NCBI GenBank assembly: GCA_021827405.1
Contig: JAKAVY010000003.1
Coordinates: 3,735-67,734, forward strand
Length of the DNA: 64,000 nt
Reading direction: 5' to 3'
Origin: Thermoplasmata archaeon
GTDB taxonomy: Archaea; Thermoplasmatota; Thermoplasmata; Lutacidiplasmatales; UBA184
The position numbers and the translations under genes were made by a program. Position 1 is the first letter of the stretch, and each line of letters begins with the position of its first letter. Under the pieces are notes generated by a model. The model worked only from the letters and a program-made list of their open reading frames with translations. It searched no databases and was not told the origin of the DNA. This document shows positions 1-9,425 of the stretch, in pieces.

Positions 1-433
1 CGGGGACGCCGCTGGCCTCGTAGAGGGGCTTCTCGAAGGCATCCCGGTTGAAGGGCGAGTGGAGGTCCACGGTAATGACGCTGTCCGCTTCCAGACCGAT
101 GTGGCGTGCGAGGGCCCGGGCGGAGATGGGCTCCCCGGGGAAGAAGGAGCGGTCCTGGCGGGCGTAACCGAAGTAGGGGACGACCACGAAGAGCCGGCGG
201 GCCCCGGCCTCCCGGATGGCGTCTTCCAGGAGGAGAAGCTCGATGAGGTCCTCGTCGGAGCGGGTGGACTGGACGAGGACGGCCTCCTCGGCCTCGAGCT
301 TCCCGCCGATGCGGACGTAGAGCTCCCCGTCGGGGAAGCGCTTGCGGTAGGGGATGCTGAACGGGGAGTCTTCGAGCTCTCGGGAGATCCGTTCGGCGAG
401 CGAGGTGGAGGCGCTACCTCCGATGACGTGCAC
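1..433 (-). CDS. prs: ribose-phosphate pyrophosphokinase (PRPP synthetase), N-terminal part; the 3' end runs off the window
   Basis: The minus-strand translation reads (GTG)HVIGGSASTSLAERI...FPDGELYVR...VVPYFGYARQDR, which carries the classic Prs motifs. The GTG start is near 433. The plus-strand ORF 59..580 is its antisense. Confidence 0.75.
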   Translation of the reverse strand, partial: MHVIGGSASTSLAERISRELEDSPFSIPYRKRFPDGELYVRIGGKLEAEEAVLVQSTRSDEDLIELLLLEDAIREAGARRLFVVVPYFGYARQDRSFFPGEPISARALARHIGLEADSVITVDLHSPFNRDAFEKPLYEASGVP

Positions 434-639
434 AGTGGGTTCCCGGGCTCCCCTCGGACCCAGGGGAAGAAAAGCTCTTTGTCCAAGGTGCGGCCCCCCA
501 CCCCCCCGTCTCCAGCGGAAGGTTCAAGAGCCGCCGGCCAGGTAGACCACGGGCAGAGGCACCTACCGCTCAGGCCGTAATACGTATTATTGTACACTAG
601 CCGGATCAGGCTTCTGACGGGAAAAGTCCGCCATTAGCG

Positions 640-715
640 CTGCCTATATTGTCGATATTAACATCGTTGAATGTCGAACACCACGAGCCAAGATTCATAT
701 AGGGGGGGTGGGCAG
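640..715 (+). promoter_or_regulatory. AT-rich intergenic region with TATA-like elements upstream of pilin-like gene 1
   Basis: GC drops sharply here. CTATATT/ATATTAA and TCATATAGG boxes are present, plus an imperfect inverted repeat CGATATT..AACATCG. Confidence 0.3.
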
Positions 716-766
716 TATGGGTTCTTGCGAGGAACAACTCCTCGAAGGAAACAGGTGAGCAAAACA

Positions 767-1360
767 ATGATGCCGACCCCACGATGGCGCCGGGGTAAGC
801 GCCGCGCCGTATCGCCGATCATCGCCACGATCCTGCTGGTGGCCATCACGGTGGTTCTCGCCGCCGTGCTGTACATCCTGATCTCGGGGCTGGGCAGCAC
901 CGGGAGCAAGCCCTATCAGATTGGGTTTGGTTCCGGGACCCCCTCCCAAACCACTAACACCGCAACCCCACCTATAACAACCTTCTATGATTCGTTCTCT
1001 GTTTCAACCACGAGTGGGCTCACAACCACGTTGTTTGGCCTTAAGATCACCAACGCAACAGGAACACCTATACCGGGCGCTTCTAGCGCCATTACCAGTG
1101 TTTGTGCGGTTGGCGGACCGTTGAGCGCTTGTATCTATACGGGTCTGTCGTACACTTGGTATGCAGCGTTGGAAAGCACGACCGGCAACGTTGTCGCGGT
1201 GTTCACTCCCGCCACTTCGTCATGGACGAGTCCCACCGTGACCATCAGCAGCGCCGACACGGTCGTGGTCATCAGCGGGGGACTCCTGGCGGGAACCAGC
1301 TCCACGCTGTCCGCGTACGGGACCGGCAGCTCGTCGGTTTCCGGCTCGGCAACGATGTAA
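767..1360 (+). CDS. archaeal type IV pilin-like protein with class III signal peptide; the C-terminus is Thr/Ser-rich
   Basis: The N-terminus KRRAVSPIIATILLVAITVVLAAVLYIL is a canonical PibD/FlaK-cleaved prepilin signal. A GGTGA RBS precedes the ATG at 767. The C-terminal half is T/S-rich with N-x-T sequons. Confidence 0.6.
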   Translation: MMPTPRWRRGKRRAVSPIIATILLVAITVVLAAVLYILISGLGSTGSKPYQIGFGSGTPSQTTNTATPPITTFYDSFSVSTTSGLTTTLFGLKITNATGTPIPGASSAITSVCAVGGPLSACIYTGLSYTWYAALESTTGNVVAVFTPATSSWTSPTVTISSADTVVVISGGLLAGTSSTLSAYGTGSSSVSGSATM

Positions 1361-1438
1361 GGGGGCAACGACGGGCGAATGGGTGCGGAGGGTAGTAGGA
1401 AGGGCTGCTCCTCTTTGCACCCTTAACCATTTCTCACC

Positions 1439-1445
1439 TTTATTT
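1439..1445 (+). promoter_or_regulatory. TATA-box-like element (TTTATTT) about 25 nt upstream of the pilin-2 start
   Basis: This is the spacing expected for a leaderless archaeal transcript. Confidence 0.3.
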
Positions 1446-1468
1446 CCGGCCTAACACGGAGTTTGCGA

Positions 1469-2011
1469 ATGAAGCATTGCCAACGTGGCGTCAGCCCCAT
1501 GGTTGCGACAATTCTTCTCGTGGCCATCACCGTAATCCTTGCCTCAGTTCTTTACATTCTGGTAGCGGGCCTTGGCTCCGGCTCGACGGATCCTCGCCCA
1601 ATTTCCCTGGAGATTACCCTGGAAGGAAGTTCCGTTCAGACACCCGGTGGCGGAACGTGGGCGAACTTCTCTTTGAACCCATCTCAACCCTTAACGACGT
1701 CGTATTTCGGGTTCGCTTTGGTCACTTCGGGAGGGGATTACCTTACAGTCGGTTCCGGCAGTTGCACCGCCGGAACCCAGAGTTGCTCTCCGGGTGTCGG
1801 GTGGATCGCGTTTCTTTACGCGCCTCAAGGGGCGGTTCTCAGTGTCTGGAACTCGACGGGTTGGAGCGGCAACTCTACCCTTACCATATTGTCCTCCATG
1901 ACGCTGGGGTTGGTGGCAGGTCCTGCTCTTCACGTTGCGGGCTCGGGGGACTTCCTCAAAGTAGTCTCGCGTGCCGAGCCCACCGTCGTGGGCCAATCGC
2001 AACCGCTATAG
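1469..2011 (+). CDS. archaeal type IV pilin-like protein 2 with class III signal peptide
   Basis: The N-terminus MKHCQRGVSPMVATILLVAITVILASVLYIL is a prepilin signal. The track ORF begins at TTG 1463, and the first ATG is at 1469. Confidence 0.6.
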   Translation: MKHCQRGVSPMVATILLVAITVILASVLYILVAGLGSGSTDPRPISLEITLEGSSVQTPGGGTWANFSLNPSQPLTTSYFGFALVTSGGDYLTVGSGSCTAGTQSCSPGVGWIAFLYAPQGAVLSVWNSTGWSGNSTLTILSSMTLGLVAGPALHVAGSGDFLKVVSRAEPTVVGQSQPL

Positions 2012-2666
2012 ACGATAAGGCGCACACCGCAAGAATTGTCCGCCCGCGGGGTTGGTGGTCAGGGAAGGGAACCGACAGAGAGGCAAGGCGGAGCAGAGTG
2101 GCCCCTCAAACCTTGCCGGTCCAACCCCCGGTACCGGAAGGGCCACAACCACGCATAAGAGCTGGAGCGCCGAGGACAAGCGGAAGAACGTGCTCAAGGA
2201 ATGTCACACTCCCGAGGCTAATTCTGCGCCTAACCCGCATGCAGGAGTTATCCAACCTCACCATCCGATGGAGCCTCACCGGATCGAACCGTGAGCTGAC
2301 TTGACTCCGGCCATCGGGGACCCCGTTGCTGGCCTCAATGTTCAGTGCACTTCTCTTGGCGATGGGAGTGAATAAACCAAAGGCTCGAGTCTGCTAGAGC
2401 AAACTGGAGGCAAGCCAGCTTGCGCCAATCCCAGGGGCGAGCTGAGCTGACCTTGGACAACCGGCGGGATCTCAGACGAGAAAGGCATGGCACACACCTA
2501 CTTGTCGGGCCACCGACCTTGCTGGGGGCCCTAGGTCGGCCCGGCCACTATCGAGAGTGCCGTATCCTGGCCCGGAGAGTGGAACGATTTCCGGCCCTAT
2601 CCCAAAGAGACGTTTGGGGGGGAAAGCAAACTGTTGCCATCAAATCATTGAGGGTCGAGGAATGGG

Positions 2667-3068
2667 CTATTGGCCCCTCACATCAGGTTGATCGCAAAAT
2701 GCCAGGTCCGCGCTTATCAAGATCGCATCGAGGTTTCGAGCTGTGCTCAGAACGATGGCATCGGCCAGACTTGCCCGGGAATCAGCCTTCCTCAAGTCCT
2801 GGCGCAAGAGTCCGGCGGAAACAGCAATCTCAGGAGTCACGTCCACGATCTCACTTTCCCTTCTGATGCTTGCCATAACGAGCGGGATGTCTCCCTTCTG
2901 TCCCTCGGATGTCATCTTGGCCGCGACTTCACCCAACGTGATCGCCGATGTAAAGACACGAGTCCCCTCGGGCTGAAGGTAGGTCCTCTGCAGATGGGTC
3001 CCTCTGGCAGTCCCACGAAGGATTTCCCACCAGGCCCATGTGTCCAAGAGGACCCTAGACCCGGTCAC
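2667..3068 (-). CDS. vapC: PIN-domain ribonuclease toxin VapC
   Basis: VLLDTWAWWEIL ... LADAIVLSTARNLDAILISADLAF is a PIN fold signature. It overlaps the upstream antitoxin gene by 14 nt. Confidence 0.7.
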   Translation of the reverse strand: MTGSRVLLDTWAWWEILRGTARGTHLQRTYLQPEGTRVFTSAITLGEVAAKMTSEGQKGDIPLVMASIRRESEIVDVTPEIAVSAGLLRQDLRKADSRASLADAIVLSTARNLDAILISADLAFCDQPDVRGQ

Positions 3069-3297
3069 GCCAGAGGCCCTCCCTTCTCCGGCGGAATCCA
3101 GTCTTTGTCTTTCCCTTCAACAGGCCTAAGGGTGGAGGTACCACCGACCTGAGCACTGCATGGACTGGATCGCCCTCCTTGAGATGAGCTCGTCGCACAT
3201 CCTTCGCCGGGATCACAATCGCAAGGCTGTTGCCCACGCGATGAACCTGCCCGGCGATCTCGATTTCCGTCACGTTATACACAAGTGTATTACGCAT
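3055..3297 (-). CDS. vapB: AbrB/SpoVT-MazE-type antitoxin VapB
   Basis: VGNSLAIVIPAKDVRRAHLKEGD is a swapped-hairpin AbrB/MazE motif. The gene lies immediately upstream of the PIN gene and overlaps it. Confidence 0.55.
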   Translation of the reverse strand: MRNTLVYNVTEIEIAGQVHRVGNSLAIVIPAKDVRRAHLKEGDPVHAVLRSVVPPPLGLLKGKTKTGFRRRREGLWRDRV

Positions 3298-3819
3298 ATT
3301 TGAGCCTTCCACAGTGTCGCACAACGGCTGATGCCGCGGTCAGAGGCCTCCCTTCTGGCCAAGCGACGCGGTGAACTGGGGCCGGAGTCGGAGGCAAATC
3401 GGGGCCAGGTGGTATCGGATAAGGCTCTTCCGGCCCTTCCGGTGGTCGGGTGGGTAATCACTTGACAAGGCAGAGGGTCCGGCTCGCGGGTGGACTGTGT
3501 GCAAGATGCCGAACTTCTCCGGAAGCTCCTTCGGTGTAGAACCCCGTCGGCCGGTCGCTCGTGCGGACTTGAGCATCAAGGACCAGCGGATCGGCGTCCG
3601 GTTGGAGCACGCTGACGAAGTGGCCTTCCCCTCCCTCGGTGCAGCAAGTAGCCTGGTCTCTCCGACCACAAGGAGGAGCGAGAGTGACACCATCTGGACA
3701 CGGGGCAACTCCAGACTTGGGGCACCACTCGGATGCCCCCATGGGAGTGCCCCGACCACGGGGTCAAGCAGGTGGACGTCTCTTGAAGGGAGCCCGGTAG
3801 CCGCTTCACGACCCTGCAG

Positions 3820-4155
3820 GTGCTCCATCTCAAGTCCGGCCGGGCCCACGCCCTGAAGAAGGCTCTGGAGGACCTCTGGGGCCACCAGATCCCAGGATGG
3901 GCGAGGAGCTACGGACGACGGTGGTACTTCTGGGCGACCCACTCACACTTGGAACCGATGAAGGGGGCCGCCGCGACGGTCAAGGACCACCGGACGGGAG
4001 AGATGAACTTCTTCGCGTACCGCATCACGAACGCGCGGCCGGAGGGACTGAACTCGAAGATCGCTACCCTCCAGAGGAGGGCCGACCGGCTAGGAACAAG
4101 TCACGCTTCCGGAGAGCAGTGCTGTTCTGGCCCGGGGGACGGACCCCTACCATGA
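3820..4155 (+). pseudogene. ISL3-like transposase C-terminal remnant; upstream frameshifted pieces about 3497..3856
   Basis: WYFWATHSHLEPMKGAAATVKDHRTGEMNFFAYRITNARPEGLNSKIATLQRRA matches the ISL3-family C-terminal block (xTNxxxEGxNxKIKxxKRxA). It is truncated and frame-broken. Confidence 0.4.
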
Positions 4156-4379
4156 GACCGACCCAATTGTCGGAGGACCAAAAGTGAATACTTCTTCTTA
4201 GCCTCTCAGTTGCGCGGCGGATACGGGGGGAGAGGCCTGAGCGGTGTGGCGATGGCGGAGTTCGGTGGGAATCACGATGCACCGGGCCCTCCTCAGGACC
4301 AACGAGGAAGAATTGCAATCCTCGAGGTCGGCATCCTTGCCGGTCTCAACCTTGGGCTGCTCGTCCTTCTTGAGGAGAT

Positions 4380-4754
4380 GTGCCCCCGGTGAGGGCCCCT
4401 TTCAGCGCACAGGACAATGCCACTCTCTTTTGCAAGCCCCCTGGCCCATCCGCTCCTCCGGCCGTCGTGGCCGAATTTTGGATGAACGCCACGGGAGGGG
4501 TGCAACCGTACACTTACGTTTGGTCCTTCGGAGACGGCACATCAACTGCGTCATCCAGGCCAGGGATGGTCCAAGTTTACCAACAATTGGGTGAATTCAA
4601 TATCCTTGGAGTGGTATATGATGCCACAGAACACCATGTGCTTGCCAACGCTATATATGTCAACGCCAGTCTGGCCACATGCTGCACCAAAGGCCTGGAG
4701 AAGGACTGTGATCTCCCCAGGAGTAACGAGCTTCGAAGGAAGGGGATGAAGTGA
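4380..4754 (+). CDS. PKD-domain protein
   Basis: PYTYVWSFGDGTSTAS is a PKD WxFGDG motif. The region is lower in GC than its surroundings. Confidence 0.5.
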   Translation: MPPVRAPFSAQDNATLFCKPPGPSAPPAVVAEFWMNATGGVQPYTYVWSFGDGTSTASSRPGMVQVYQQLGEFNILGVVYDATEHHVLANAIYVNASLATCCTKGLEKDCDLPRSNELRRKGMK

Positions 4755-5164
4755 CCTCCGAAGCGAAGGGAGCCCGGCCCCGCGTCCGGAGCCTGTGGCG
4801 CACGGCGGGGGAGATATTGACGATCGTTCTCTCGATCAGCGCCGTGGCCTTGGTCGCCACGATAGCGTACCTGGCCTACTCGTCGCCTTCGCCGCCCTCC
4901 CTCTCGACGATCAGGATCCAGTTGGAGTACGGGCCAGAGACAGGCAACGTGCCCTTGACTGTGAGTTTCCACGCCAACGTAACGGGCGGAGAGGCCCCAT
5001 ACTCGTACTTTTGGACATTTGGGGATGGCGTGAACTCCACCTCCGGCCCCGACGTGGTTCATACTTACCTGTCGCAAGGTGAGTATGCCGCACAGTTGAC
5101 GGTGACTTGCTTGGGAGGCAGGCTTACGACCCTGTCACGGCCCGCCCCGGTCTTTGCGAGTTGA
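4751..5164 (+). CDS. membrane-anchored PKD-domain protein
   Basis: It has an N-terminal TM segment followed by PLTVSFHANVTGGEAPYSYFWTFGDGVNSTSGPDVVHTY, a PKD domain. It overlaps the preceding gene by 4 nt. Confidence 0.6.
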   Translation: MTSEAKGARPRVRSLWRTAGEILTIVLSISAVALVATIAYLAYSSPSPPSLSTIRIQLEYGPETGNVPLTVSFHANVTGGEAPYSYFWTFGDGVNSTSGPDVVHTYLSQGEYAAQLTVTCLGGRLTTLSRPAPVFAS

Positions 5165-6056
5165 TCGGGGTGTTTCCGGGTCTGCGGTGGCACGGGGGTC
5201 TCCCGTTCCTTCGCCATCCGCGGTTCCCCGACCGCCCCTCCGGCGCCGGTAGAGCCAGGGTCCCACCGTCAAGGTCACCCCCAACGCCAGGATCACCACT
5301 CCCATGTACACCCAGGACAAGGAGGGCACCCGGTAACCGTAGCCCTCCACCAACAGCTTGAGCGCTCCGAACCAGGGGATCATCCCCCGGGCCACCCCCC
5401 AGACCCAGGGGGCTTGCACGATGCAGGAGATGATGCACCCCCCCGACTGGTCGTAGGTGGCGCCGTTGTTGTCCCCTAGGGTGATGTAACCGGACCAGGG
5501 CGACTCTTGGGCCAGGTTCCCCAGGTCGATGGTCACGTTCACGGACTCCCAACCCACCCCCAACAACTCGATGCTCCCCGTGATGGCCGCGTTGGGGTTG
5601 TTCGGGCTCACACAGCTCGACCCCAGGGGACCCTCCTCCAGCACATACTGCCCTCCCGGTCCACAGGTCAGGCCCGCGAGGCTCGGGGCCGCGAAGGTCC
5701 CTTCGGATGGAAGGTAGTTGAGCCACAGGAGCGCCCGGTGCACCACCGGCGTCGCGGCGGTGTTCCCGTTCGGATAGTAGAGAATGACGTTCCCGTACTC
5801 CCCGTAGGAGGTATACCCGGTCTGCTCTCCCTGGACATAGGTGGTGACGCCCGAAGGGACCGGCACCCGTTGGGGCAGGACAATGTCGCCGGCGTTGATG
5901 AGCCCCGGGATGTCCTGCGTCCCGTGCTGCATGCTCCCGGACTCCACTACGACGAGGGGGGGCCAGTTCTGAGTGTAACCATAGGCCCCGAGCAAGAGCA
6001 CCAGGATGATGAGGAGGGCCAGCACCGGCTCGAACCAACCACTCCGATACCACTTC
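5135..6056 (-). CDS. signal peptidase I (S26B/Sec11-type); the start is uncertain
   Basis: An N-terminal TM segment is followed by PLVVVESGSMQHG...GDIVL, the catalytic Ser box, and a C-terminal TM helix. The track ORF 5135..7093 extends upstream into G/P-rich low-complexity sequence that overlaps another gene and is unlikely to be coding. Confidence 0.55.
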
Positions 6057-6168
6057 TCCCTCCTCTCGCGCCCCCTCCTTGGGGAAGCGCCCTCTTCCGG
6101 TTCGGGGTCGGCGGTCCCTTCGCCGGTGGTCTCCTCTCCCTCCGAGTCCAACGCGCTCGCCTTCCTCC

Positions 6169-6960
6169 TCAAGGGGTCGCGGGGGGCGCCCGGGCCTCCT
6201 CCCCCCGCCGGTCCGTCCTCAGACGGAGCCCGATGGCCACCCACACCAAGAGGAGGGCCAGCAGAAAGAGCGGGAGGAGCAGGATGTCCGCGGGGATGGC
6301 CACTCCCCCCACGCTCGGGAAGCTGATCCGGGACCAGAGCCCCGTCGACTCTCCCGACCAGAAGACCGCGAAAGTGAAGAGCAGGCTCGTGGCCACCCAC
6401 TTCAACGGCGGGACCTTGATCTTCCGGATCTGCTCGTGAAGGACCACCCCCACTCCCAATAGCAGGCACGCCCCCAAGAGGAACCCGACCACGGCCTCCA
6501 ACCCGAACCCCCCCGCCGTCAAGGCCACCAGCACGACGACCGCCTCCACCGTCTCGATGGCTCCCACCGAGAAGGAGCCGGCGAGAAGCGCGTGGTCGCT
6601 GAGGCCGGGATCCTCCAGGCCCCCATGCTTGGCGCTCTGGATGCCCCGCTTCTTCCGGGCCTCCCGGAGGTAGGTCCGGAGCGTGGAGCGCAGGAGGAAG
6701 AAGCCGAAACCCCAGAGGAGCAGCGCGGCGGCGATCAGCGTGTATTGCAACGGGAACCGGGTGATCGCGAGGCCCGTTCCCAACGCCACCAGGCCCACCA
6801 CCACGACCCCTCCCGAGGCTCCCACCGCGGCCGGTCGCATGGAACGGGATCCCGCTCCAATGGCATAGACCACCGCGACCACCTCGGTCAGTTCCAGGAC
6901 CGTGATGAGAAAGGCCACCAGGAGCGCCCCCCAGGCCGCACCGGTGAGCAGGAATGCCAT
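6169..6960 (-). CDS. integral membrane protein with internally duplicated topology; family not recognised
   Basis: It has multiple hydrophobic helices and two ExxE-containing halves. Codon usage looks coding. Confidence 0.5.
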   Translation of the reverse strand: MAFLLTGAAWGALLVAFLITVLELTEVVAVVYAIGAGSRSMRPAAVGASGGVVVVGLVALGTGLAITRFPLQYTLIAAALLLWGFGFFLLRSTLRTYLREARKKRGIQSAKHGGLEDPGLSDHALLAGSFSVGAIETVEAVVVLVALTAGGFGLEAVVGFLLGACLLLGVGVVLHEQIRKIKVPPLKWVATSLLFTFAVFWSGESTGLWSRISFPSVGGVAIPADILLLPLFLLALLLVWVAIGLRLRTDRRGEEARAPPATP

Positions 6961-7096
6961 GCGTTCTCCGAGACCCGCTCTCCCTTAAGGCTCTTCTCTC
7001 GAACGCGCGGGGTTCTGCCGCTTCCTGAACCCGAACTTTCCTTCCAACGGAAGGTTTTAGTCCCCTGGGATCCACCCATGACCGAGGGAACACACA

Positions 7097-7528
7097 GTGG
7101 TCTGGCCCGGCGCCGTCCCCTCCGCCCCGGGGTTCGTCATCAATCTGGACACCCCGTCGTTCCTTCTCACGGTCGCCGGCCTGGCCCTACTCATCGCCCT
7201 GCTCTTCCTGCTCCGCTCCTACACCCGTTCCCGGCGGGCCCTGGCCGGGTTCCTGGAGGCCACGGCCATCGACATCGCCTTCCTGGTCTTCGCCCTGGTG
7301 TTGGTGCTCGTCCTCTTCTTCGAGTACCCCTCCGGGAACCGGGACGCGTGGGCCCTGGCCCAGGTGGTCCTCACGGGCTATTGGCTCACCTTCTCCATCC
7401 CCGTCGTGACGGTGGGGTTCTCCGTCCACTCCCGCACCCGGGGGAGCGTGGCGTGGAAGCTCCCTTCCCTGCTCTTCGCGATGGCCCTCTTCGTGGGGGT
7501 CTTCGCCTTCTGGTTCTTCGTCCAGTGA
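7097..7528 (+). CDS. small integral membrane protein
   Basis: It has four predicted TM helices. Confidence 0.45.
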   Translation: MVWPGAVPSAPGFVINLDTPSFLLTVAGLALLIALLFLLRSYTRSRRALAGFLEATAIDIAFLVFALVLVLVLFFEYPSGNRDAWALAQVVLTGYWLTFSIPVVTVGFSVHSRTRGSVAWKLPSLLFAMALFVGVFAFWFFVQ

Positions 7529-7535
7529 GCCCGGC

Positions 7536-7718
7536 TCAGTCCCGCTCACCCGGCGGCAGGAGGTTCGGGATCCCTTCTTCGATGGGGTAGGTCGTCGCAC
7601 ATTTCGTGCAGGTCAGCGTCCCCGCCTCGATCTCCCCCTTCTCCCGCTTCGTGACCTTCAAGGTGAGGTCACCTTTGCACAGCGGACAGCAGAGGATCTC
7701 CATCAGTTCGTCGCGCAT
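7536..7718 (-). CDS. Trm112-like zinc-ribbon protein
   Basis: MRDELMEILCCPLCKGDL...CTKCATTYPIEEGIPNLL is a Trm112/UPF0434 signature. It lies 11 nt downstream of aIF2-gamma. Confidence 0.6.
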   Translation of the reverse strand: MRDELMEILCCPLCKGDLTLKVTKREKGEIEAGTLTCTKCATTYPIEEGIPNLLPPGERD

Positions 7719-7729
7719 GTCGGTCTCCC

Positions 7730-8953
7730 TTACTGGATGATCCCGTAGCCGATGAGCCGCCAGGCCGTCAGGCGGCGGGAGACCGCCACGCGGTGCCCCG
7801 AGAAGAGGGTGATGGGACGGGTCAGGTGGATCTCCACATCGTTCCCCCGGGCGCTGGTGACCTTTCCCTGGACGATGGTGGTCCCCACGGTGAGCGTCAG
7901 CACCTCGCTGGTGTGGATCTTCTCCACCTTGAGCTCCTTCTGGCTCCCCACCACGCGCTCGAGGAGCTGCACCTTGAGCCGGAGCCTCTGGGCCACGGGA
8001 GGCAACGTTCCCGGATTCCCCGCGACGCGGCCGCTGAGCCCGTCCGACTTGGCGAGCGAAGGGTCCAGGGTGGTGCCCACCGCCGCCAGCCCGCCGGGGT
8101 GGAGCGCCTTCAGGGTGAGTCCCCCGGCCATGAGGGAGGTGATCCGGGTCTGGATCCGGTCCGCCGCGGCCCCCTCGGCGCCGGGCAGTCCCGGGCGGAT
8201 CTCCAGCTCCCCTCCCACTTTCAACTGGCCCTGCACCAAGGACCCGCCCAGGACCCCCCCGGCGAGCTTCGCTGGCCGGGTCCCCGGGCGGTTGATGTCG
8301 AAGGACCGGGCCACGTACATGAGCGCCGGCTTCCCCTCCTCCCGAGGGGGCGTCGGGATGTAGCGTTCGATGGCCTCGATGAGGACATCGATGTTCGCAT
8401 TGTGGTTCGCGGAGATGGGGATCACCGGGGCATCGGCCACCGAGGAACCCTTCAGGAAGGCCCGGATGTCCTCGTAGTTCTGGCGGGCCCCCTCCCGGTC
8501 CACCAGGTCGATCTTGTTCTGGACCACCACCACGTTCTTCACCCCGATGATCTCGAGAGCGGTGAGGTGTTCCCGGCTCTGGGGTTGCGGGCACTTCTCG
8601 TTGGCGGCGATCAGGAGCAAGGCCCCGTTCATCATGGCCGCGCCGGAAAGCATGGTGGCCATCAGGGTCTCGTGGCCGGGAGCGTCGACAAAGCTCACGG
8701 CCCTCAGGAACTGCGCCGGCCCCCCACACTTCCCGCAGGTGGGGCTGTTCCCGTACGCCTCCGGACCGGTATGGTTCGGGCAGCGGTAGAAGGCCGCATC
8801 CGCGTACCCGAGCTTGATGGAGATCCCCCGCTTCACCTCCTCGGAGTGACGGTCGGTCCAGTCCCCCGTCAGCGCGTGGGTCAGCGTGGTCTTGCCATGG
8901 TCCACATGGCCCACCAGGCCGATGTTGACCACCGGTTGCTCAGGGACCTTCAT
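7730..8953 (-). CDS. translation initiation factor 2 gamma subunit (aIF2-gamma)
   Basis: GHVDHGKTTL, the zinc knuckle CxxC...CxxC, NKIDLV and SANHNANID are all present. Confidence 0.9.
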   Translation of the reverse strand: MKVPEQPVVNIGLVGHVDHGKTTLTHALTGDWTDRHSEEVKRGISIKLGYADAAFYRCPNHTGPEAYGNSPTCGKCGGPAQFLRAVSFVDAPGHETLMATMLSGAAMMNGALLLIAANEKCPQPQSREHLTALEIIGVKNVVVVQNKIDLVDREGARQNYEDIRAFLKGSSVADAPVIPISANHNANIDVLIEAIERYIPTPPREEGKPALMYVARSFDINRPGTRPAKLAGGVLGGSLVQGQLKVGGELEIRPGLPGAEGAAADRIQTRITSLMAGGLTLKALHPGGLAAVGTTLDPSLAKSDGLSGRVAGNPGTLPPVAQRLRLKVQLLERVVGSQKELKVEKIHTSEVLTLTVGTTIVQGKVTSARGNDVEIHLTRPITLFSGHRVAVSRRLTAWRLIGYGIIQ

Positions 8954-9333
8954 TTCGCCGGCGGCGCCAGCAGCTCCGCCAGCGGAGTGGTCCCCCGGGC
9001 CGTGACCCGGAGGTTGATCTGGACGGTCTGCTCACTGACCGTGTTCCCCCGGAACGAGCGCCGGTCCCGGGTCCCCCCGTGTTCGGGGTGGTAGCCCAAC
9101 CCCTCGGAGACCAGGATGCGGACCTGCCGGGCGCCCGGGAGATCGGCCCGGAGCGGGAACCCGCTCTTGTCGGTGCCACCGGTGATGGTGAGCGTATACC
9201 CGTTCAGGCCCAAGAGCTCGCCTCCTACCGTGTCCCCCAGGCGCTTTCCCAGGAATCCGGCGGCCTGGGGGTCCGCCAAGGCCTTGGCGTAGGACTTCGG
9301 CCCGTCGGAGACCACCAACTTGAACTCGACCAT
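8950..9333 (-). CDS. rps6e: ribosomal protein S6e
   Basis: GKRLGDTVGGELLGLNGYTLTITGGTDKSGFPLR is the S6e signature. It overlaps aIF2-gamma by 4 nt. Confidence 0.85.
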   Translation of the reverse strand: MVEFKLVVSDGPKSYAKALADPQAAGFLGKRLGDTVGGELLGLNGYTLTITGGTDKSGFPLRADLPGARQVRILVSEGLGYHPEHGGTRDRRSFRGNTVSEQTVQINLRVTARGTTPLAELLAPPAK

Positions 9334-9425
9334 GGCTACCCGAGGATGGGTCCCCGACCAGCGCCCTACCCATTAAAAAGCCTTCCCGCCTTTTGAATGC
9401 CCTCGAGGGAGCGTAGAACCAACCC

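Noticed and set aside
59-580. 173-aa plus-strand ORF at the window start
   Set aside because: It is antisense to a clearly recognisable Prs (PRPP synthetase) reading frame. It has GC-rich low-complexity composition with no motifs.
2240-2300. tRNA-like T-arm (GGTTCGATCC on the minus strand) in the lower-GC islet
   Set aside because: The T-stem has a G-G mismatch. No matching acceptor stem, D-arm or anticodon arm can be built, even allowing an intron. It is kept only as a possible degraded att/tRNA fragment.
3340-3942. 200-aa minus-strand ORF across the transposase remnant
   Set aside because: It is low-complexity. The plus strand carries recognisable ISL3-like transposase motifs instead.
5135-7093. 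652-aa ORF call
   Set aside because: Only the C-terminal roughly 300 aa are signal peptidase. The upstream part is low-complexity and overlaps the 6169..6960 membrane-protein gene in another frame.
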